Assembly (NCBI GenBank): GCA_016783505.1
Contig: JADHWK010000019.1
Location: 1-39,478 of the forward strand
DNA length: 39,478 bases
Source of the DNA: Candidatus Zhuqueibacterota bacterium
GTDB lineage: Bacteria; BS750m-G25
Direction: 5' to 3'
Position 1 is the stretch's first letter; every line of letters starts with the position of its first letter. Made by a program: the position numbers and the translations under genes. The notes under the pieces are model-generated. The model made no database searches. It had not been told where the DNA came from and worked only from the letters and a program-made list of their open reading frames with translations. Positions 18,529-28,653 of this stretch are shown piece by piece.

Positions 18529-20022
18529 TTATTTCATCAAAACCATCTTCCTCACCTTTTGAGACTCCCCCGCTTGAATTTTATAAAAATAGATTCCGGA
18601 TGAATAACCGGATGCATACCATTGAATTTTATAATAACCAGGTTCTTGATATGAATTCACTAATTCAGCCACTTGTCGGCCCAGGAGGTTATAGATTCGT
18701 AAGGTTACTTCTGCAGGTTTTGTAAGGCCGTATTTAAAGGTTGTTATTGGATTAAATGGATTGGGATAATTTTGCTCCAGATTAAACGATATTGGTATCT
18801 CATTAACATATTCTCTTATAGAAGTAGTAGTACTCTCGTATTTTATGGTTATGCAATCAAAGCCAAAGCTATCTGTTTGGGTTGTTCCGGTCACATAAAG
18901 ATAACCTGAAGCATCCACGGTGCAACTACTGCCATAGTCACCACCATTGGCAGGACCACTGTATCTTGTCGTCCACAATGTATCCCCATTGGCGGAATTA
19001 TACTTTATAGTAAAACAATCATCATTACCTCCATTATCCCCATTTAAACAAGTCCCCGTCACATAAAGATAACCCGAACCGTCCAAAGCACAGCCAAGAG
19101 ATTGATCATAACTTGTAGGACCATCATATATGCTAGTCCAGACAGGATTTCCTGAAGGATCATATTTTATTGTAACGCTGTATCTATTTCCCCTATCTGC
19201 TTCGATACCACACATTCCAGTTACATAGATATTACCTAAACCATCCACGGTGCAATCCGAATGCCCCCCATATTTCAAACTATCAATGGTATCCTGAGAT
19301 CTTCTGGTCCAGGTCGTATCGCCGTTGGAATCATATCTTATTGTAAGCAGGTTATAGTCTACTCCATTGTACGAGTAACCATTCACAAAAATATTACCTG
19401 AAACATCTACCGCACAGCCATATGCTACGTCGCGCCCATTAGCAGTGCCATCATATCGCCGGGTCCAGATAGTATCTCCGTTTACATTGTATTTGACAGT
19501 GATGTAGTCAAAGTTTATACCATTATGGGAGAGGCCTGTCACATAAATGTTACCTGAGCCATCCAAAGCACATTCTTGAGCACTATCATATCCATCGGCA
19601 GCACCATTATATGTCCGGGTCCAAATAGTGTCGCCGCTAGAAGTATTGTACTTGATGATAATAAAGTCTTTATTCGTGTCATTGTTTGAAAACCCAACCA
19701 CATAAATATTCCCTGAATTGTCTAACACACAGCCCACAGCCCCATCACCACTATTAGCATCACCATTATATCTACGTGTCCAGATAGTATCGCCGTTAGA
19801 TGTATTATATTTGATAATAATAAAATCAGTATTCGTGCCATTAAATGAACTACCAACCGCATAAAGATTACCTTGATTGTCTGCGGCACAGTCCGCGGCA
19901 TCATCATAGCCATTTCCAAGCCCATTATACGTACTGATCCATAATATATCCGGGGCCTGGGCAAGAGACTTTCCGGTCACAATCAAGAATAGAAACGTTA
20001 GCAAAAATGAGTATTTTCTCAT
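18529..20022 (-). CDS. Secreted SBBP-type beta-propeller protein with T9SS CTD
   Basis: Seven repeats of D.SGNIYVTG...TIKY..NGDTIWTRRY, a signal peptide, and CTD QNYPNPFNP. Confidence 0.88.
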   Translation of the reverse strand: MRKYSFLLTFLFLIVTGKSLAQAPDILWISTYNGLGNGYDDAADCAADNQGNLYAVGSSFNGTNTDFIIIKYNTSNGDTIWTRRYNGDANSGDGAVGCVLDNSGNIYVVGFSNNDTNKDFIIIKYNTSSGDTIWTRTYNGAADGYDSAQECALDGSGNIYVTGLSHNGINFDYITVKYNVNGDTIWTRRYDGTANGRDVAYGCAVDVSGNIFVNGYSYNGVDYNLLTIRYDSNGDTTWTRRSQDTIDSLKYGGHSDCTVDGLGNIYVTGMCGIEADRGNRYSVTIKYDPSGNPVWTSIYDGPTSYDQSLGCALDGSGYLYVTGTCLNGDNGGNDDCFTIKYNSANGDTLWTTRYSGPANGGDYGSSCTVDASGYLYVTGTTQTDSFGFDCITIKYESTTTSIREYVNEIPISFNLEQNYPNPFNPITTFKYGLTKPAEVTLRIYNLLGRQVAELVNSYQEPGYYKIQWYASGYSSGIYFYKIQAGESQKVRKMVLMK

Positions 20023-20092
20023 GATTCTAATCTCCCTTTATAATTTTTCATTTTATTGTGGTAGTCTAATTTAGGGGCAATTCACACAAAGG

Positions 20093-20128
20093 TCAGGGGC
20101 TCATCGAACCAACGTTAATTGACTTCAT
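20093..20128 (-). pseudogene. Truncated gene start (11 aa) with a strong RBS
   Basis: AAGGAGGGAAA-ATG then MKSINVGSMSP*, directly after the type 2 promoter. Confidence 0.35.
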
Positions 20129-20144
20129 TTTCCCTCCTTTTTAA

Positions 20145-20233
20145 AATATAAGACTTTTTACTCGATTTGTCAACAACAAAAAAGCCAACCGGCAAGGATT
20201 GGCTTTTCAAGAATCTTATTCTAGTATTTGCTA
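20145..20233 (-). repeat. Junction module type 2, copy 2 (terminator plus promoter)
   Basis: GCCAACCGGCAAGGATTGGC hairpin and TTGACA-N17-TATATT at 20145-20173. Aligns to 14962-15050. Confidence 0.8.
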
Positions 20234-22873
20234 TTTTAGCAAAATCATCTTCCTCACCTTTACAAACTCCCCCGCTTGAATTTGACAAAAATAGATCCCA
20301 GATGAATAATCGGTTGCATCCCAATTTATCTGGTGGTAACCGGCAGGTTGATGCTGGGCCACCAAAGTGGCCACTTCTCGTCCGAGGATGTTAAATATCT
20401 TCAGGGTTACTTCTGACTCTTTAGGGAGACCGTATTTGATGGTGGTTATTGGATTGAAGGGGTTGGGGTAGTTCGGGGAAAGTGAAAATTGTGTGGGCAC
20501 TAAAACTATATTTTCATCAATTGAAACCATACCATATTCATACGCTCCTATATCCGGTGCTGAACCGACATATTCATCTGGTGAAAGATTCACCAATATA
20601 TCACCTTCCCAGACAAAAAAGGCGGTACCAGCATCTATGCAAGGTGAGCCTTCTTGAAGATGGAAATCACCGTTTTCTGGATCTACAAACAACGGATCGG
20701 CATCGATATTTCCATCCAGCCAATAAACAGTGCCATTATCATTAGTTACAATGCTATCTTGACCACCCTGCACGTCTGAATAAGCAATAGTAACGGAATT
20801 AGGATCACCACAATCGGCAAAATAAATTTCCTGAGGATAACCATTCCAGAGAATGGTATTCACCAAACTTGGGCTGGAATTATCTTGACAGGCAATCCCA
20901 CCGCCCCAATCCGCCGTATTCCCGGTGATGGTCACATTCACCAAACTTGGGCTAGAAATATTACAGTCAATCCCGCCACCACCAACAGTAGCCGTATTCC
21001 CGCTCACCGTAACATTCTCCAGACTAGGGTTGGAATTATCATGACAGTGAATTCCACCACCATTACTAGTAGCCGTATTCCCGCTCACTGTTACATCCGC
21101 TAAATTCGGGTTGGAATAATGCCCACAGGAAATCCCACCACCACATCCAACAGTCGTATTCCCGCTCACCGTAACATTCTCCAGACTCGGGCAGGAATGA
21201 TTCTGACAGTGAATCCCCCCCCCGTTTGAAGCCATATTTTCGCTCACCGTCACATTCACTAGGGTTGGGCTGGAATTATCCAAGAAAATCCCGCCGCCCC
21301 AACCAGAAGCCGTATTCTCGCTGATTATCACATTCACTTGAATTATGCTGGAATTAGTACAATTAATCCCGCCACCATTATAAGCCATATTCCCGGTGAT
21401 GGTCACATTCACCATACTCGGGTTGGATTCATAACAGTAAATCCCGCCACCAGAACTAGCCGAACCGTTTGTAATCATAAACCCACTTAAGACTGCCGTG
21501 GAGTCTTCACCATTCTCAAACATCACCACAGTTCCACTACTATCACCGTCTATCACCGTCTGGGAGATGTATGATGTGTCGCCTGTAGTAAGGGTAAGTG
21601 ATCCGACAATAATGTTTTTACCATTGAAGTTGATGTTTTCTATATAGGTGCCTGGACTAACCAAGACAGTGTCCCTATTGGTTGCAGAATTGATGGCGTA
21701 TTGGATTGTAGCAAATGGATTACTTTCAGAACCATCACCTGTTTCATCAGAACCTGTGATAGAGACGTACCAGATAGGGCCGGAGTAGGCCGCAGTAGGG
21801 CTTTTCTTGGCATATTTAAGGTCCCCCAGATCCGCATCATAATAAGCGATGTGAGAATAACCACTATCGTCAATAGCGACTGAAGTCCAGCCACATGACA
21901 CTGTATTATCTACAACCTCGGTCTGCCAAGTAGAACCATCCCAATAAGCATACTTCAACGGACCATTTCCATCATAACTGATGTGTGGACGGTCATTTGT
22001 ATCAAGAGCCAGAGATGTATAATTCCCAACCCATGGCTCAGAATCTACTATTTCGATCTGCCAGGTACTGCCATCCCAGTATGCATATTTAGCTCGCGAA
22101 GTGCCGAAGTAATCCTTATAGGCTATATGCGGATAGCCCAGACTGTCCAAGGCAATAGAAGAGAATTGGCCTACAGCACCATCTGTATCTACCCTCTCAA
22201 TATGCCAAGTCGAGCCATCCCAATAAGCGTACTTCAGATCAAATTCACTATCATCATAGTAGCTTAGGTGGGGATAATTACTATCGTCTAAAGCTATGGA
22301 GCAATACTCAAATTCACCACCGAGAAGAGTATCAGCGCCCTGGGTATGCCAGCCTGAAGCATCCTTGTAAGCATATCTTAAATAGCAATCTCCTGTATAA
22401 GTATAACCCGTATATGCAAAATGGGGATAGCCATCTCCATCCATGACGATAGAATTCCACTGACCTACTGTACCTGACCAGACTAATGAATCCACTCCTT
22501 CTTGCAGCCAGTTTGTACCATCCCACCAAGCGTGCCAGAACTGGTCGCCGTACCAGAGGCCTTTATCGAAGGCAATGTGGGGATTTTCAGCAGTATCAAG
22601 GGCAATAGAAGTCACCCCATAAACACTTACAGTTGTTTCCACCGATGCTATCTGCCATAAAGAACCATCCCAGTGGGCGTACTTAAGGCGCCAACCAATG
22701 GTACCATCCCTGTAACTAATATGAGGATTGCCATTTATATCGGTGGTAATGGCACACTTCACACCAACCGTTCCTGTAGTATCTACGGTCTCTAAATTCC
22801 ATTGTGCGTATAGCACTACCGGTAAGATGGCTATCACAGTGGCAATCATTTTGATTGATGCTGATTTCTTCAT
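20231..22873 (-). CDS. Secreted protein: beta-propeller, DUF1565/right-handed beta-helix, T9SS CTD
   Basis: Repeats SIALD....PHI.Y...LKYAYWDGSTW, the motif GSDETGDGSESNPFATIQ, GGGI.C...NVTVSGN repeats, and a CTD. Confidence 0.88.
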   Translation of the reverse strand: MKKSASIKMIATVIAILPVVLYAQWNLETVDTTGTVGVKCAITTDINGNPHISYRDGTIGWRLKYAHWDGSLWQIASVETTVSVYGVTSIALDTAENPHIAFDKGLWYGDQFWHAWWDGTNWLQEGVDSLVWSGTVGQWNSIVMDGDGYPHFAYTGYTYTGDCYLRYAYKDASGWHTQGADTLLGGEFEYCSIALDDSNYPHLSYYDDSEFDLKYAYWDGSTWHIERVDTDGAVGQFSSIALDSLGYPHIAYKDYFGTSRAKYAYWDGSTWQIEIVDSEPWVGNYTSLALDTNDRPHISYDGNGPLKYAYWDGSTWQTEVVDNTVSCGWTSVAIDDSGYSHIAYYDADLGDLKYAKKSPTAAYSGPIWYVSITGSDETGDGSESNPFATIQYAINSATNRDTVLVSPGTYIENINFNGKNIIVGSLTLTTGDTSYISQTVIDGDSSGTVVMFENGEDSTAVLSGFMITNGSASSGGGIYCYESNPSMVNVTITGNMAYNGGGINCTNSSIIQVNVIISENTASGWGGGIFLDNSSPTLVNVTVSENMASNGGGIHCQNHSCPSLENVTVSGNTTVGCGGGISCGHYSNPNLADVTVSGNTATSNGGGIHCHDNSNPSLENVTVSGNTATVGGGGIDCNISSPSLVNVTITGNTADWGGGIACQDNSSPSLVNTILWNGYPQEIYFADCGDPNSVTIAYSDVQGGQDSIVTNDNGTVYWLDGNIDADPLFVDPENGDFHLQEGSPCIDAGTAFFVWEGDILVNLSPDEYVGSAPDIGAYEYGMVSIDENIVLVPTQFSLSPNYPNPFNPITTIKYGLPKESEVTLKIFNILGREVATLVAQHQPAGYHQINWDATDYSSGIYFCQIQAGEFVKVRKMILLK

Positions 22874-23111
22874 GAGCCCCCCTTTTCTTTTACCTGAAAC
22901 ATTTCACTTAACGTCTACATAAACGGACTTCATCTCTTCAGCTACTTCTTAAGCATAGACGAACTTTTATTTCCATTTTGGCTTTAGAAGTGCGTTTTTT
23001 TTGACATTAATCGCCAGACCTGAAAAGCTAGCTAACCCATAATTATATGGTTTCAATCCGTCCAATATTTATTTATTCTTTGTATTAATAATTTAACTCT
23101 TTCTTTTGCAG

Positions 23112-23228
23112 AAGTCAAGTCTTTAATACGGTAATTCCTGAATTAATCTAATCCAACTTTTGGAGGACAGTCAGATACTTAAATAAAAACAAAAAGCTTA
23201 CTCAATATGAATGAATAGGCCTTTTTTC
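23112..23228. repeat. ~115-bp direct repeat, copy A (promoter -35, IS3-like end, type 1 hairpin copy 2)
   Basis: AAGTCAAGTCTTTAATACGGTAATT...GGACAGTCA...ACTCAATATGAATGAATAGGCC; aligns with 31626-31740. Confidence 0.85.
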
Positions 23229-23356
23229 AAGAAAAAGGGAGAATTATTTTACAAAAAGCCAGTCCTTATTTCTCATAATTATTTAAGTCATTTCCTACAA
23301 AGTTTGTGGGAAGGCATAATGGGTTATGGTAGCGTTTCTGAGATAAGTAGGCTTGA

Positions 23357-24004
23357 TTAAAATGAATATCCCACCATTAATTGAATTACCGTGTTTTTAA
23401 TATCTGGCGGTTCACCATTTTTTTCTTTAAAAACATTTTTTAAACCCAAATAATACCTCAATTCGACAGTAATTTTACCCTCTGTTAAGGACCCACCGAA
23501 AATCAGCCCAAAGTCCGGGGTGTATACATCATCTGATTTAATATCCTCAGTAAACGTTGTATCAAAGAAAAAGAAGGAAGATTCAACCGACATCTCAACT
23601 TCCACTTCACCATTTAGATAAAAACCAAAGGATGGACCTGCAAAGAGTTTAGCATCATCTTGAATAGAATACAATCCAAGAATGGGAATCTCAATGTAAT
23701 TTGTAGACGTTATCACCTTCATGTAAATCCCAGGTACGCCTTCTTCGAACTTATGTCCTTTCATTGAATAAAGAAATTCAGGCTGAACAGCAAATTTCTC
23801 ATTGATCTTGAAGGTTAAATACCCACCAATTGCAAGACCAAGTTTATGATATGTGTTTGTATTCTCAACACTATCACCCCTGACACTTGCAAGGTTCATA
23901 CAGACTTTCACGCCCTTAAATATACCCTGCGCTAAAGTAGAATTAGAAAGAAGGGGCGTAAATAATATCGCCAAAACAAACAGCGTTATTATCATCTTTT
24001 TCAT
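23357..24004 (-). CDS. Outer-membrane beta-barrel protein (PorT/porin family)
   Basis: Signal peptide, VQPEFLYSMKG, NYIEIP, ELRYYLGL and C-terminal VGYSF. Confidence 0.85.
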   Translation of the reverse strand: MKKMIITLFVLAILFTPLLSNSTLAQGIFKGVKVCMNLASVRGDSVENTNTYHKLGLAIGGYLTFKINEKFAVQPEFLYSMKGHKFEEGVPGIYMKVITSTNYIEIPILGLYSIQDDAKLFAGPSFGFYLNGEVEVEMSVESSFFFFDTTFTEDIKSDDVYTPDFGLIFGGSLTEGKITVELRYYLGLKNVFKEKNGEPPDIKNTVIQLMVGYSF

Positions 24005-24114
24005 GATCCCCTCCTTACCTAATAAAAACCCCTACGGTCTTTAATGGGATAAACAATCTTTCGCCAGAAAGAACCTTTCTAGTTATTTCAAAATACAAAA
24101 TTTAGGTTTTAGTT

Positions 24115-24504
24115 TCAAGTGTTTTTCCCCTCGGCCTTCTTTTGCTTATACCTCTCCCTCATTTTCTGCAAAATCCTCTCCCTGTTCTTTTGATAATATT
24201 TCTTGTGATATTTCCGTACATATTCCATACGCTTTTCTTTGTGTTCCTGCCTATATCTTACCCAATAATCTTTATTCCTTTGATACCTGAGACGTTGCTT
24301 AGCTTTTATTGTCTCTTTATTGTCCTCATAATACGCTTTTTGAATCGCTTTGAATTTTTCTTTATTGCGATCCAAATAATTCTTCATTATTTGTTTTCGG
24401 CGTTCCCTGTTTTCCCAGTAATATTTCCGCCATCTCTCACGAATCTTATCCCTGTTGCGCTCATAATATTTACGACTATACTCTCTTGTTTTTTCCTGAT
24501 CCAT
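24115..24504 (-). CDS. Tyr/Arg/Lys-rich helical repeat protein, paralog 1
   Basis: ~15-aa repeats of YY..N(R/K)(E/D)(K/R)(I/R). Paralogs at 26052 and 30417 share the MDQE start. Confidence 0.75.
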   Translation of the reverse strand: MDQEKTREYSRKYYERNRDKIRERWRKYYWENRERRKQIMKNYLDRNKEKFKAIQKAYYEDNKETIKAKQRLRYQRNKDYWVRYRQEHKEKRMEYVRKYHKKYYQKNRERILQKMRERYKQKKAEGKNT

Positions 24505-24620
24505 TTTAAAAAGCAATAATGATAATTACCACTTGTTTGAAGGTGTCGCCAAGATATTATACTAACAAATGTGCTATGGTACCAATTAGGAACGCTTAAA
24601 GTGAGACAGTTATTGGATTT

Positions 24621-24809
24621 CTACTTGTTATCTTTCTTTTTATATCGAATAAGTGCTATAATTAAAAATAATATTCCTAATACAAAATGTATAACTGCTC
24701 TGGTGAAATCATCTCCAAAAAGTTTAATTCCACCGGAAATAAAATAATAAATACCCACGACCAAGAAAAGTATTATTATAATATATCTTTGGCTTTTTTT
24801 CTTTTCCAT
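24621..24809 (-). CDS. Small two-TM membrane protein
   Basis: GGAG RBS before MEKKK; two hydrophobic helices. Confidence 0.7.
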   Translation of the reverse strand: MEKKKSQRYIIIILFLVVGIYYFISGGIKLFGDDFTRAVIHFVLGILFLIIALIRYKKKDNK

Positions 24810-24992
24810 TTGAATTCTCCTTCCCAATAAAGATAATTTCGCCTACCACTGCCAGTAGGAGCTTAACAGGTCACCGAAATAATGACATTATTTTATTAAT
24901 ATATACTTCCTAATCGCTGGATGTTAACCTGTTATATTGAGGATCATTTGAGTTAATCAAAGCTATCTTTTTGGTAATCAGCTCTCTATTGA

Positions 24993-25613
24993 TTAAGTCT
25001 TTCTCATATCGGAAAGCTGCTGTTTCAGCTCCTTGATTTCATTTTTCAACTCAATCATCTTCAACTCCCTGTCTACTGTGATCTTTTTGAATGTCTCCAA
25101 TTTTTCTATTTGTTCCCGTTTAATCTCCTCCGCCTTCTTGCGCTCGGTGATGTCAGTGTAGACACCGACAACCCCGATCAATTCATCCCCCACCACGATC
25201 GGGGACCCGGCCAAAATAACTTCCACTGGAGAGCCATCCTTCCGATAACGGATGGTCTCTACGGTAGGCATCTCCTTCCCGCTCAGGACTGTCTGTGTAA
25301 ATCCGACCGCTTCCTCAAAGGTATCAGAATTGGTAATCAGATCGTCAATATTTTGGCCGATCACCTCCTCCCGTGAGTATCCGAACAGCCTTGCTGCGCC
25401 TGCGTTCCATTCCACGATCCGATGGTGGGCATCCAGGGTAACGATGGCGTCGGGAGCGGCTGCCAGCACTCCCTCCAGGTACAGACGGCGCTCTTCGATT
25501 TCGCGTTCCGCCCGCTTGCGCTTGATTTCTAATGCTTCCAGTTCAGTAATTCGTTTGCGCATTTCTTCCAACTCATTTATAAGTTGGTCTTTTGTCTTTT
25601 CTTCATCTTTCAT
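24993..25613 (-). CDS. Stand-alone PAS-domain protein flanked by coiled coils
   Basis: PDAIVTLD...WNAGAARLFGYSREEVIG...RKDGS...DITERK; no output domain. Confidence 0.85.
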   Translation of the reverse strand: MKDEEKTKDQLINELEEMRKRITELEALEIKRKRAEREIEERRLYLEGVLAAAPDAIVTLDAHHRIVEWNAGAARLFGYSREEVIGQNIDDLITNSDTFEEAVGFTQTVLSGKEMPTVETIRYRKDGSPVEVILAGSPIVVGDELIGVVGVYTDITERKKAEEIKREQIEKLETFKKITVDRELKMIELKNEIKELKQQLSDMRKT

Positions 25614-25860
25614 TTAATTACTCTCCCTTACAGATAAAAAATTGCTAAATTTCCGCTGGTGATGAAGGTAAATAGCGGTTGAAAATTAATCCTGGTAAAT
25701 TGCTTTCTCCTATAAGGAAAAGGATCCAGTTAAAATGCTTTTTAGGAAAGATACATAATATTTCTCTTAAAATTATCTATTTTTTGTTTTTTCAATTTAC
25801 TTGAATTTTGAAACAGGTTCGATTAATTCTAATATAACCATTTTCTTTAAAAAAGCAAGA

Positions 25861-25898
25861 AAAAAAAAGGCCTACTCAACATGAATGAATGGGCCTTT
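25861..25898 (-). terminator. Junction hairpin type 1, copy 3
   Basis: GGCCTACTCAACATGAATGAATGGGCC. Confidence 0.75.
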
Positions 25899-25923
25899 AA
25901 AAAAGGCTAATTTTTTTATAACG

Positions 25924-26033
25924 AAAAAACTAACCATCGCCATCCCCTCGGGGTCAGGTGCAGCGAGGGTTAGAAAGCGAATAAATAACTCCCTCTCTTC
26001 ATCCCGTTCCTTCGGGTGGGGGTTACTAAAGGC
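25924..26033 (-). ncRNA. Candidate structured small RNA (~110 nt)
   Basis: Promoter TTGACT-N17-TATCTT at 26040-26068, two nested stem domains, and a terminal U tract. Only a 10-aa ORF. Confidence 0.35.
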
Positions 26034-26051
26034 TTTTTCAAGATACATAAT

Positions 26052-26453
26052 TTAGGTTTTAGAGTCAAGTTTTTTTCCCGCAACCTTCCTTTGCTGATAC
26101 CGCTCCCTCATTCTCCGCAAAATCCTTTCCCTGTTCTTCTGATAATATTCCTTTTGATATTTCCGTTCATATTCCATACGCTTTTCTTTATGTTCCTGCC
26201 TATATCTTACCCAATAATCTTTATTCCTTTGATACCTGAGGCGTTGCTTAGCTTTTATTGTCTCTTTGTTGTCTTCATAATACGCTTTTTGAATAGGTTT
26301 GAATTTTTCTTTATGTCGTTTCTGATAATTTCTCATTATTTGTAGTCGAAGTTCCCTGTTCTCGCTATGATATTTCTGCCGTTGTGCAAGAATCTTATCC
26401 CTGTTGCGCTCATAATATTTACGACGATACTCTCTTGTTTTTTCCTGATCCAT
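26052..26453 (-). CDS. Tyr/Arg/Lys-rich helical repeat protein, paralog 2
   Basis: Shares YYEDNKETIKAKQRLRYQRNKDYWVRYRQEHKEKRMEY identically with paralog 1. Confidence 0.75.
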   Translation of the reverse strand: MDQEKTREYRRKYYERNRDKILAQRQKYHSENRELRLQIMRNYQKRHKEKFKPIQKAYYEDNKETIKAKQRLRYQRNKDYWVRYRQEHKEKRMEYERKYQKEYYQKNRERILRRMRERYQQRKVAGKKLDSKT

Positions 26454-26540
26454 TTTGAAAAGTCGGATTTGTGAAACTGATATTACCTAATTTAATATAG
26501 CAATAAATATCTAAAAATCAAGTAAAATTTCAAAAAAAAC

Positions 26541-26573
26541 AAAAAGCCTACTCAAGATGAATGAATAGGCCCT
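26541..26573 (-). terminator. Junction hairpin type 1, copy 4
   Basis: GCCTACTCAAGATGAATGAATAGGC, about 22 nt after the stop of 26595..28460. Confidence 0.8.
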
Positions 26574-26594
26574 AAAATTAAAAGGGATAAAATC

Positions 26595-28460
26595 TCACTT
26601 CAGCAAAACCATCTTCCTCACCTTCTGGAACTCACCTGCATGAATTTGATAAAAATAGATTCCAGATGAATAACCGGATGCATCCCAGTTTATCTGGTAG
26701 TAACAAGCAGGTTGATGTTCATCAACTAAGGTGGCTACTTCTCGTCCGAGGATGTTGAATATTCTTAGGGTTACTTTTGAATCTTTGGGCAGGCTGTATT
26801 TGATGGTAGTTATCGGGTTGAAGGGATTGGGATAATTCGGCTTCAAGGCAAACGCCTGAGGCACATTTTCCTCGGCTTCGGATATATTTGTCTCGGCAAA
26901 TTCATCCGCCCCAATATCTACGGTGTCGCCTTGGATCCTTGCTTCACCATCTATATCGTAGTCTCCAACCCCAGGCACGTTCTCACCAGCATTGATGGCG
27001 GATGATGTGACCTGTAAATGCAGATTGGGTTCGCTCAGATCGGCAAATTGTGGCGCAATAAATAACGAGTGACTGTCGTTTCCTGTGGCTGATTGGTATG
27101 TAGCAAAGCCCTGATATATGATGTTTTGCCACTCCCACTCGCTATCTGTGATACCTGCTGGACCAAAATACAAGTTGTAATCAACTACATTATTAACGTT
27201 CTCGGTGAAGGGGTTGCCAATCAGGAGACTTTGATCGTTAGCGTAAAAGATGTTATTCTTAATTATGTTGTATCGCGTGTCGAACTGCAATAGGATTTCT
27301 TGGTTTCCATCTTCCCCTATTCCATTGTGATACAAGCTGTTATTGACGATAATACAATTCTCTGTGCTACCCCGCTCGTTGTCGTACCCGCCCATCGAAA
27401 TACCTGCCATACGGTTGTTAAACAAAAAGTTGCTACGCACGGATATATGGCTGGTAGCCCGACCCTGATGTTCGCTGGCAATTTCTATACCAATGTCTGA
27501 CTGGAAAATTGTATTTCGCTCTACGATGATGTCCCTGCCACCGTCAACATAAATGCCTCCAGCACTGTACTCATTTCCATAAGCTGGATTGCCAAACGAG
27601 GAAATGTTGTAAATTGTGTTGTTGCTGACTATTCCGTTTCGGGCCTGATCATAGTCGCTATTGGGAGCAATATCCTCAAAACCGATGAAATCTATGCCAA
27701 TGTTATCGCAATCATAGACGATGTTGTTATTAACGGTGAATAGTGTCACGTTGCCGTTTAAGACCAATCCTTCACTTGAGCCAAGGATGAGGTCGTGGAG
27801 TTCATTGCCCTCTATGAAGATGTTGTTGATAGAATCGGGAGCAGAAGTGCCATACACGGCGATACCATGTGCATCTGCACCCATAAGCTCTTCATCTACG
27901 GGAGCATTGGTTTCGATGTGGTGAATGTTGTTGTTTTTCAATTTAATGTTGTGAGCTTCGCCTCTGATGTGGATACCAACAGGGATAATGTATGGGGTGG
28001 AAGCGCGGTAATTGCGTATTTCAAAACCCTCGATAATTATATAATACTGATCCACAATCAAGAACATACCGTTGCTACTGTCAGGCACAGGCAGTCCGGT
28101 GCCGTCCAGAATGGGTACCTCGTCTTCATAGTTTCGAAAGGTGATATAGCCGTTGTCGGCGGTGCCAGATACGTTTACGGTTACTTTTTCGTTGTAAACA
28201 CCACCGCGCACGTACACGGTGTCCCCTGGAGCAAGGGTGTTAGCTGCTTTTTGAATGGTTTGCCAAGGTTCTGCTAATGTACCGGGGTTGTTATCGTCGC
28301 CATTCGGGTCCACATAGTAGGGTTGACCGATGGCTTTTGTATTCATACTTAGAATGAATAGCATTATGAACATTACACAAATCTTCAATGTTCTGGCATT
28401 TGAAGTGTTAATAATTCCAATGTTTAACATAAGTTCTAAATTACACATTTCATTTTTCAT
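26595..28460 (-). CDS. Secreted right-handed parallel beta-helix protein (DUF1565-type N-terminus) with T9SS CTD
   Basis: YYVDPNGDDNNPGTLAEPWQTIQKAA, PbH1-like repeats, VDIGADE and a CTD. Confidence 0.88.
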   Translation of the reverse strand: MKNEMCNLELMLNIGIINTSNARTLKICVMFIMLFILSMNTKAIGQPYYVDPNGDDNNPGTLAEPWQTIQKAANTLAPGDTVYVRGGVYNEKVTVNVSGTADNGYITFRNYEDEVPILDGTGLPVPDSSNGMFLIVDQYYIIIEGFEIRNYRASTPYIIPVGIHIRGEAHNIKLKNNNIHHIETNAPVDEELMGADAHGIAVYGTSAPDSINNIFIEGNELHDLILGSSEGLVLNGNVTLFTVNNNIVYDCDNIGIDFIGFEDIAPNSDYDQARNGIVSNNTIYNISSFGNPAYGNEYSAGGIYVDGGRDIIVERNTIFQSDIGIEIASEHQGRATSHISVRSNFLFNNRMAGISMGGYDNERGSTENCIIVNNSLYHNGIGEDGNQEILLQFDTRYNIIKNNIFYANDQSLLIGNPFTENVNNVVDYNLYFGPAGITDSEWEWQNIIYQGFATYQSATGNDSHSLFIAPQFADLSEPNLHLQVTSSAINAGENVPGVGDYDIDGEARIQGDTVDIGADEFAETNISEAEENVPQAFALKPNYPNPFNPITTIKYSLPKDSKVTLRIFNILGREVATLVDEHQPACYYQINWDASGYSSGIYFYQIHAGEFQKVRKMVLLK

Positions 28461-28575
28461 TTTAGATTTCCTCCTATCAGACGCCTATTATGGATCAGCA
28501 AACTGGAATTATCCACCAGCCATAACTACAACTCAATGTCAATACCGGTCTTAAGGTGACCTTTCCTTTCGTAGG

Positions 28576-28604
28576 AATATAAGGTTTTTTTTGTTTTGTG
28601 TCAA
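28576..28604 (-). promoter_or_regulatory. sigma70-type promoter
   Basis: TTGACA-N17-TATATT. Confidence 0.6.
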
Positions 28605-28653
28605 GAATAAAATTCAATACTGAACGTAATCCTAAATCAAAGTATTTATTATT

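Noticed and set aside
14984-20394. Similar plus-strand ORFs MSIIKKPIGKDWLF (14984) and MSTTKKPTGKDWLF (20167)
   Set aside because: The similarity comes from the duplicated terminator/CTD module read antisense; they have TTG starts and no RBS.
18324-24870. Classical integron: GTTAGAC, GTTAGC and GTTAAGC upstream of some genes
   Set aside because: No convincing paired RYYYAAC/attC hairpins after the genes, no intI, and the genes have their own promoters. At most these are relics of a cassette origin.
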